Shown in pieces: positions 57,605 through 64,000 of a stretch of 64,000 nucleotides of DNA; positions within the stretch are counted from its first letter, which is position 1, and each line of letters begins with the position of its first letter. This DNA comes from an uncultured Acidobacteriota bacterium (GTDB lineage Bacteria > Acidobacteriota > Thermoanaerobaculia > UBA5066 > DATFVB01). The notes beneath the pieces were generated by a model. That model saw nothing but the letters and a program-made list of their open reading frames with translations, was not told the DNA's origin and did not search any database. Position numbers and translations under genes: made by a program. Location: the NCBI GenBank assembly GCA_963813155.1, contig CAWEYG010000002.1, positions 672,001 through 736,000 on the forward strand. The letters are read 5' to 3'.

Positions 57605-59218
57605 ATGAATTCTCCGCTTCGAATTCTGCATCTGGAAGACGATCCGCAGGATGCCGTGCTCGTTCAACGCGCGCTCGAGACCGAGGGAATCGCGTGCGCC
57701 ATCGACCGGGTTCAGACCCGGGACGCCTTTGTCGCGGCCCTCGAATCCGGCGGCATCGACCTGATCCTTTCGGACCTCTCGCTTCCGGCGTTTGACGGAC
57801 TTTCGGCCGCGGCAATCGTTCGCGAGAAATGGCCGGCGATTCCGGTGATCCTCGTCTCGGGCACTCTCGGCGAGGAGCTCGCAGTTGACTCGCTCAAGAA
57901 CGGCGTGGCGGATTGCGTCCTGAAAGAGCGATTGACCCGGCTGGCGCCGGCGGTGCGCCGCGCGATGCAGGACGTCGAGGCGCGGACCGAGCGCCAGCAG
58001 TTGGAGGCGAATTTCATCGAGGCCCAGAAGATGGAAGTCGTCGGCCAGCTGGTCAGCGGAGTGGCCCATGACTTCAACAACATTCTCGGCGTGATCATGA
58101 GCTGCGGTGAATTGATCGGCCTGAAGCTCGGCCCCGATCATCCGCTCCAGAAGTACACAGAGGAGATCCGTCACGCGGCGGAGCGCGCGGCAGGCCTGAC
58201 GCGACAGCTCCTCGTGTTCAGCCGCCGACAAACGGTGCAACCGGTCGTCCTGGATCTGAACGACGTGCTGAAAAACGTCGAGACGATGCTTCGGAGGCTT
58301 GTCGACGAGAAAATCGAGATGACGATCGTTTCCGGCGCGCAAGACGCCCGGGTGAACGCGGACTCCGGTTACATCGGCCAGGTTCTGATGAACCTCGTCG
58401 TCAACGCCCGCGACGCGATGCCCAACGGCGGCACCCTCACGATCTCGTCGAGCGTTGCCGTGCTCGACGAGACCCATGCGCGCGATCACCCGGGGGTGAG
58501 CGCGGGTGAGTACGTGGTGCTGACCGTGAGAGATAGCGGCACCGGCATGAGCGATGACGTTAAGGCCCACCTGTTTGAGGCCTTCTTTACGACAAAGCCG
58601 AAGGGTCACGGCACCGGCCTCGGGCTGGCGACATGCAGAACGATCGTCGAGCAATCGGGGGGCCACATCGACGTCGCGAGCGAGCCCAAGAAGGGCACGA
58701 CGTTCACGATCTATTTCCCCCGGGTCGACGAGGAGGTCAACATAGTGGCAAGGCCGATCCAGATCGCCTCCGTCCCGCGCGGGACGGAAACCCTCCTGGT
58801 CGTCGAGGACGAGCCTTCCGTGAGGAACCTCGCATGCAGCGTGTTGGAAGCCCAGGGTTACACGGTGCTTTCGGCAACGAACGGTCAGGATGCCTTGAAC
58901 GTCGCGCGGGAGCACAGTGGCTCTCCGATTCGGCTGGTCGTCACGGACGTTGTCATGCCGCTGATGGGTGGCGACGTGATGGCGGAATGGCTCAAGACGT
59001 CCTACCCCGATCTGAAAATCCTCTTCACGTCGGGCTACACGTACGACACGATCGCGCACGAAGGTGTGCTCAAAGGCCGAACCGAGTTTCTCGCAAAGCC
59101 GTACACGCCCGCCGCCCTCGCGCTTCGAGTCCGGGCAATGCTGGACGCTGGGCCGGGAGGCGTAGGTGCGCTGGAGGGAGGGCCGGCGGCCGATCACACG
59201 CTCGTCGGGTCTCGATGA
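57605..59218 (+). CDS. Hybrid histidine kinase REC-HisKA-HATPase-REC (CckA-like output)
   Basis: ILHLEDD receiver; GVAHDFNNIL; NLVVNARDAMP; FFTTKP..GTGLGLA; C-terminal receiver VTDVVMP..LAKP. Confidence 0.93.
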   Translation: MNSPLRILHLEDDPQDAVLVQRALETEGIACAIDRVQTRDAFVAALESGGIDLILSDLSLPAFDGLSAAAIVREKWPAIPVILVSGTLGEELAVDSLKNGVADCVLKERLTRLAPAVRRAMQDVEARTERQQLEANFIEAQKMEVVGQLVSGVAHDFNNILGVIMSCGELIGLKLGPDHPLQKYTEEIRHAAERAAGLTRQLLVFSRRQTVQPVVLDLNDVLKNVETMLRRLVDEKIEMTIVSGAQDARVNADSGYIGQVLMNLVVNARDAMPNGGTLTISSSVAVLDETHARDHPGVSAGEYVVLTVRDSGTGMSDDVKAHLFEAFFTTKPKGHGTGLGLATCRTIVEQSGGHIDVASEPKKGTTFTIYFPRVDEEVNIVARPIQIASVPRGTETLLVVEDEPSVRNLACSVLEAQGYTVLSATNGQDALNVAREHSGSPIRLVVTDVVMPLMGGDVMAEWLKTSYPDLKILFTSGYTYDTIAHEGVLKGRTEFLAKPYTPAALALRVRAMLDAGPGGVGALEGGPAADHTLVGSR

Positions 59219-61278
59219 CAATCAGGAAAGCAGGGCCGCGGCTGCTCACGCTCTGTTTCGCCGCTGCGTTCTCGGTTCTGGTCGGCCGGGCGTCGGCCCA
59301 GGAGCCTGCCGTGCCGCCCTCGACGGACCCGAAGGATCTGAGCCTGGAAGAGCTCGTGAACATCCGGGTGGATTCCGTCTTCGCCGCATCGAAGTATGAG
59401 CAAAAAGTCACAGAGGCCCCGGCATCCGTCAGCATCGTCACCGCGGATGAGATCAGAAAATTCGGCTATCGAACGCTGGAGGACATTCTGCGAAGCATTC
59501 GCGGATATTACGTTTCGTACGACCGCAACTACTCTTCCCTCGGATCGAGAGGGTTTCTGCGCCCCGGCGACTTCAATACCCGGTATCTGTTTCTGATCGA
59601 TGGTCACCGGATGAATGACAACATCTTCGGTGAAGGCGAGGAGGGGAGCTCGATCACGATCGACGTCGATCTCATCGAACGTGTGGAAATCATCCGGGGG
59701 CCGAGCTCGTCGATCTATGGAAACAGCGCTTTTCTGGGCGTCATCAGTATCATTACGAAGACGGGCAGCCAGCTTGGCGGCACGGAGGTGTCGGGCGAGG
59801 CCGGCAGCCTGGGAACCTACAAGGGACGGATATCGTTCGGAAAACAATTCGCGAATTCGGTCAACTGGCTGCTCTCCGGCTCGTACGGTACCGACAAACG
59901 GGCAGGCCAATCTGTACTTTCCCGAGTTCGACCAGCGCATCAGCGGCGAACCGAGAGCCCGAAACGATGGCGTTGCTCGGAACGCCGACGGCGAGCTGAT
60001 CCACCGGATGTTCACGAGCGTGTCCTACGAGGACTTCACGCTGACGGGGGCTTACGCATCACGGACAAAACACATTCCCACGGCGCCATTCGGGTCGTTC
60101 TTCGGGGCCGGACACGCCGAGACATCGGATCGGCGCGAATATCTCGACCTCAAATACGATCACCTGTTTGAGAAGGATACAGAGGTCTCGGGCAGGGTGT
60201 CGTACGACGCCTTTCCACACCTCGGGAAGTATCCCTACGATTACGGCGTCAACAACCAGCCGGCGGATATCGCGATCGACTACGACGGCGACTACGGGAG
60301 CTGGCTGACTTCCGAAGTGCAAGTCAAGCAGCGGCTGTCTCGACCGCCATACGATCGTCGTCGGCGTCGGACTATCGGGAAGACCTGCAGCAGCATCTCT
60401 TCAACTACGACAGCGACCATACGACATTCGTCGAGGATCGGCGAACGGGCCGAAGCTTTGGAACCTACGGGCAGGCCGAGCTCGTCCTTCGCCCGAATCT
60501 GATCTTGAATGCCGGCCTGCGGTACGACTACTACGACACCTTCGGCGGGACTCTGAATCCGCGGATCGGGCTGATCTACACGCCGTGGCAGACGACGACA
60601 TTCAAGCTTCTCTACGGTCAGGCCTTTCGGGCTCCCAGCGACTACGAGCTCTATTACGGGTCGGCGGCTTTCGGACAGTCTCCAAATCCCGGCCTGGCGC
60701 CCGAAAAGATTCGAACGTACGAGGCCATCTACGAACAATACCTTCCCGCGCATCTGCGCTTCAGCGTTTCCGGCTATTACTACCGGATCGACGACCTGAT
60801 CGCTCAGACCACCCAGGCCGGCACCGGGCTTCTGATTTTCGAGAACATCGATCACGTTCACACGAAAGGCGTGGAGCTGGAGCTCGAGGGAAAATATCCG
60901 GGCGGCACGCTCGTGCGGGCCAGCTATGCTTTTCAGCGGGCCGAGGATGCGACGACTGGAGTCCCGCTTCCGAATTCCCCCCGGCATCTGGCCAAGCTCA
61001 ATCTGATCGTGCCGCTGCGTGGCGACAAGGTGTCATTGGGACAGGAGCTGCAGTACACGAGCAGCATGAAGGATTTAGACAATAGTGAAAGCGCGGCTTT
61101 TCTTGTTGGCAACGCGACGTTATCGCTTCACGAACTCGTGCCTCATTTGGAGGTTGCGGGTTCGATGTACAACATGTTCAATAAGAACTATTCCTACCCC
61201 GCCTCGATCGGCCTTGACCAGGAGAGGGTCCCACAGGACGGCCGAACCTGGCGCCTGAAGCTGACCTACAAGTTCTGA
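59215..61278 (+). CDS. TonB-dependent receptor, frameshifts near 59891 and 60340-60375
   Basis: DLSLEELVNI, ASKYEQ..EAPASVSIVT, IERVEIIRGPSSSIYG plug; GLRYD, AFRAPS, LAPEKI; C-terminal GRTWRLKLTYKF. Confidence 0.88.
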
Positions 61279-61282
61279 CGAA

Positions 61283-61900
61283 ATGCGCACATGGAATCTA
61301 CGAATTCGTTGGCGCGCGCCGCGGCGACCTCTTTCGACGGGCCACGGACCATCTCGAACAGCGGTCGTTGTCGCGCTGTTGCTCGCGATCGGCCTGGCGT
61401 CTCGGGCGGGGCAGGCCAGCGATCCACCGCTGACGGAATACCGGGTCAAGGCTCTCTTTCTCATGAATTTCGCCAGATACGTCGAGTGGCCGGTGGATAG
61501 CTTTGAAAGCGCGACCTCTCCAATCGTGATTGGCGTGATCGGCGAGAACAGGTTTGGCGGCGATCTTGCCGCGGCGGTGGCGGGCAGAAACGTCGAGGGG
61601 CGGCCTGTGCTCCAGAAAGCGATCGAAACGCCGGCCGACGCCGACAAGTGTCAGATCCTCTTTGTCAGCGCATCGGCGAAAGCCGGCGTGTCCGGGATTC
61701 TCAGGCGCATCAGGACCAAATCGGTGTTGAGCGTCGGCGAGAGCGAGCGCTTCACCGACTTTGGCGGAATCATCAATTTCGTCAAGAAAGACGGCAAGGT
61801 GCGCCTCGAGATCAATCTCGAGGCCGCGCGCGAGGCGCGGCTCCACCTCAGCGCGAAATTACTGAGTGTCGCCGACGTCGTGACAGGCAAGGCGAACTAG
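61283..61900 (+). CDS. YfiR/HmsC-family periplasmic protein
   Basis: EYRVKALFLMNFARYVEWP, CQILFV, LSVGE..F...GGIINF, LEINLEAA, LSAKLL. Confidence 0.88.
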   Translation: MRTWNLRIRWRAPRRPLSTGHGPSRTAVVVALLLAIGLASRAGQASDPPLTEYRVKALFLMNFARYVEWPVDSFESATSPIVIGVIGENRFGGDLAAAVAGRNVEGRPVLQKAIETPADADKCQILFVSASAKAGVSGILRRIRTKSVLSVGESERFTDFGGIINFVKKDGKVRLEINLEAAREARLHLSAKLLSVADVVTGKAN

Positions 61901-61905
61901 CGATC

Positions 61906-63549
61906 ATGCCGGCTCTCTGGCGCACCTCCATTCGCCGCACACAAACGCTCATCATCATGCTGACGAGCGGTCTCGCGCTGCTGCTTGCCTGCGCGGTGTT
62001 TGTGACCTATGACACGCTCTCTTTGCGAGACGCGATGATTGCACGAATGACCATTCTCGCGGATGTCGTGGGCGCCAATTGCGCGGCAGCCATCGATTTC
62101 GACGATCAGAAGGGCGCCCGGGAGATTCTCGCCGCCCTCCGCGCCGAAGACGACATCCGCGCGGCATGCGTCTATACACGCGACGGCCATGTCTTCGCCA
62201 CGTATAGTCGCATGGACGCCTCACCATTGGCGCCGGCTGATGTCGTCGACGTTCAAGATGTACCTCAAGTGCGAGGCGAATCGCAGGAATTCTCGCAGAG
62301 CGAGTTTCGTCTCTACCGGTCCATCCAGCAGAAGGGCCAACAGGTCGGCACGATCTTTGTCGGAGTAGACCTGAAGGACCTTGCGACGCGCCTTCGCCGC
62401 TACATCGGCATCGCGGGCTTCGTTTTGCTGGCGGCAATGCTCGCCGCGCTGGCCCTTTCCAGCCGTTTGCAGCGGTTCGTGTCCGTTCCGATCCTGCGGC
62501 TGGCAAGCCTGGCCCGGTCCGTGGCGGTGGAGAGGAATTACTCGGTGCGGGCGATAAAAGAGAGCGACGATGAGCTCGGACAGCTTGTCGATGGGTTCAA
62601 CGAAATGCTCGAACAGATCCAGTCGCGGGACACCGCGCTTGAAAACGCACGGGTGGATCGGGAGAAGAGCGCCGCCGAGCGAATTCAGGAAGTCGAGGCC
62701 ATTCATCGGCAGCTGGTGGATGCCTCACGCCGGAGCGGGATGGCGGAAATCGCGTCGAACGTGCTTCACAATGTCGGCAACGTGCTCAACAGTGTAAACA
62801 TCTCCGCGGGGTTGATCGCCGAGAGAATCAAAAAGTCGCGGGTGTCCAGTCTCGGGCGTGTCGTCGCCATACTTGGCGAACACGCAGGCGACCTCGGGAC
62901 GTTCATGACCAACGACTCCGCGGGCAGACTCGTGCCAGATCACCTGGCCCGGCTGTCGGACCATCTTCTGGCCGATCAGGAGATTGTCGTCCAGGAAGTC
63001 GACTCTTTGCGTCGAAATGTCCAGCACATCAAGGAGATCGTGGCCATGCAGCAGACCTACGCGACGGTCGGCGGCGTAAAGGAAGTGGTCGGCATCGTCG
63101 ATCTGGTGGAGGACAGCATGCACATGAACGAGGTCTCGCTCAGTCGCCACGGTGTGGAGGTCATTCGCGAGTTCGAAGACGTCCCTCAACTGAATGTCGA
63201 AAAGCACAAGGTCCTTCAAATCCTGGTCAACCTCGTGCGAAACGCGAAGCATGCGTGTGACGATTCTGGACGGTCGGACAAGCGGGTGACGGTGCGCGTC
63301 ACGAACGGCAATGGCCGGGTCAGGATTTCCGTGATCGACAACGGGGTCGGTATTTTGCCCGAGAACCTGACTCGGATCTTCAACCACGGGTTCACGACGC
63401 GAAAGGGAGGCCACGGCTTCGGTCTTCACAGCGGCGCGCTTGCCGCGGCGGAAATGGGAGGTTCGCTCACAGCCTGGAGCGACGGACCGGGCCGGGGCGC
63501 TGCCTTCACGCTGGAGCTGCCGGGTCCTCAAGCAGATGTGGCCGCATGA
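61906..63549 (+). CDS. Membrane histidine kinase with YfiN-like periplasmic (CHASE8) and HAMP domains
   Basis: TM..AAIDFDD..AREILAAL..TM, HAMP (DELGQLVDGFNEML), H-box NVLHNVGNVLN, NLVRNA, DNGVG, GHGFGLH. Confidence 0.88.
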   Translation: MPALWRTSIRRTQTLIIMLTSGLALLLACAVFVTYDTLSLRDAMIARMTILADVVGANCAAAIDFDDQKGAREILAALRAEDDIRAACVYTRDGHVFATYSRMDASPLAPADVVDVQDVPQVRGESQEFSQSEFRLYRSIQQKGQQVGTIFVGVDLKDLATRLRRYIGIAGFVLLAAMLAALALSSRLQRFVSVPILRLASLARSVAVERNYSVRAIKESDDELGQLVDGFNEMLEQIQSRDTALENARVDREKSAAERIQEVEAIHRQLVDASRRSGMAEIASNVLHNVGNVLNSVNISAGLIAERIKKSRVSSLGRVVAILGEHAGDLGTFMTNDSAGRLVPDHLARLSDHLLADQEIVVQEVDSLRRNVQHIKEIVAMQQTYATVGGVKEVVGIVDLVEDSMHMNEVSLSRHGVEVIREFEDVPQLNVEKHKVLQILVNLVRNAKHACDDSGRSDKRVTVRVTNGNGRVRISVIDNGVGILPENLTRIFNHGFTTRKGGHGFGLHSGALAAAEMGGSLTAWSDGPGRGAAFTLELPGPQADVAA

Positions 63550-64000
63550 CGAGTAAAGTGCCGGACGGCAGGAATCGTCGGATTCTTGTCATCGATGACA
63601 ATCGCGCGATTCACGACGATTTTCGCAAGATTCTTTCGCCCGGAAGCTCGACGGCGGCGGCGCTCGACGCCAGCGAGGCGGCCCTGTTCGGGAGAGCGAC
63701 GAATTCGGTTCAGATGGCGGAATTCGAAGTGGATTCCGCCTATCAGGGGCAGGATGGCGTTCTCCTCGCGCAACAGGCTCTGGAAGCCGGACGGCCATAC
63801 GCCCTCGCGTTCGTCGACGTGCGAATGCCGCCCGGTTGGGACGGCGTCGAAACCACCCGCAACCTCTGGGAACTTGATCCGGACCTTCAGATCGTCCTCT
63901 GCTCGGCGTATTCCGACTATTCCTGGGACGAGGTGTTTGAAAAGCTGGGCCAGCGCGACGCGCTGCTGATCCTCAAGAAGCCCTTTGACAGCGTCGAGGC
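63546..64000 (+). CDS. Response regulator or hybrid kinase N-terminal receiver (runs off window)
   Basis: ATGA overlap; RRILVIDDNRAIHDDFRKIL..SAYQGQDG..AFVDVRMPPGWDG..CSAYSD..ILKKPF. Confidence 0.88.
   Translation, partial: MTSKVPDGRNRRILVIDDNRAIHDDFRKILSPGSSTAAALDASEAALFGRATNSVQMAEFEVDSAYQGQDGVLLAQQALEAGRPYALAFVDVRMPPGWDGVETTRNLWELDPDLQIVLCSAYSDYSWDEVFEKLGQRDALLILKKPFDSVE

Noticed and set aside
10380-60380. Programmed ribosomal frameshifting or phase variation as the cause of split genes
   Set aside because: Breaks mostly lack slippery heptamers or long homopolymers and hit unrelated genes; sequencing error is more parsimonious.
1-64000. tRNA, rRNA, transposase, integrase, phage or anti-phage defence genes
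   Set aside because: No recognisable signatures found by eye; a covariance-model and HMM search would be needed to exclude divergent ones.

Overview
High-GC bacterial chromosomal window with about 55 protein-coding genes. The gene families (Oar-like TonB receptor, PD40-repeat Ser/Thr kinases, VPS10/BNR propeller, M28-PDZ peptidase) suggest an Acidobacteriota-like organism; this is an inference. No rRNA, tRNA, CRISPR array, transposase or integrase was recognised. Main blocks: (1) a dense two-component and sigma-54 signalling cluster (1-10843); (2) hydrolase, redox and membrane-protease genes (10877-20120); (3) a phosphatase/phosphoesterase locus with an OmpR-family pair (21805-32031); (4) envelope proteins and two convergent Ser/Thr kinases (32101-46710); (5) a second receiver-EAL cassette (46887-48250); (6) an Oar-like receptor beside a translationally coupled TetR-RHH-RHH-XRE regulator cassette (50661-55638); (7) a TonB receptor-YfiR-histidine kinase module (57605-64000). 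About a dozen genes are split by small indels, most likely long-read assembly errors. The most notable pattern is a candidate sigma-54 regulon. Four GG-N10-GC promoters (9607, 38213, 46858, 53741) sit before both receiver-EAL cassettes, one XRE gene and the Oar-like receptor, and three have tandem TCC-N8-GGA-like enhancer sites (degenerate at 9607). The NtrC-family activator at 8148-9500 is the obvious candidate regulator. All calls were made by eye, without database searches.
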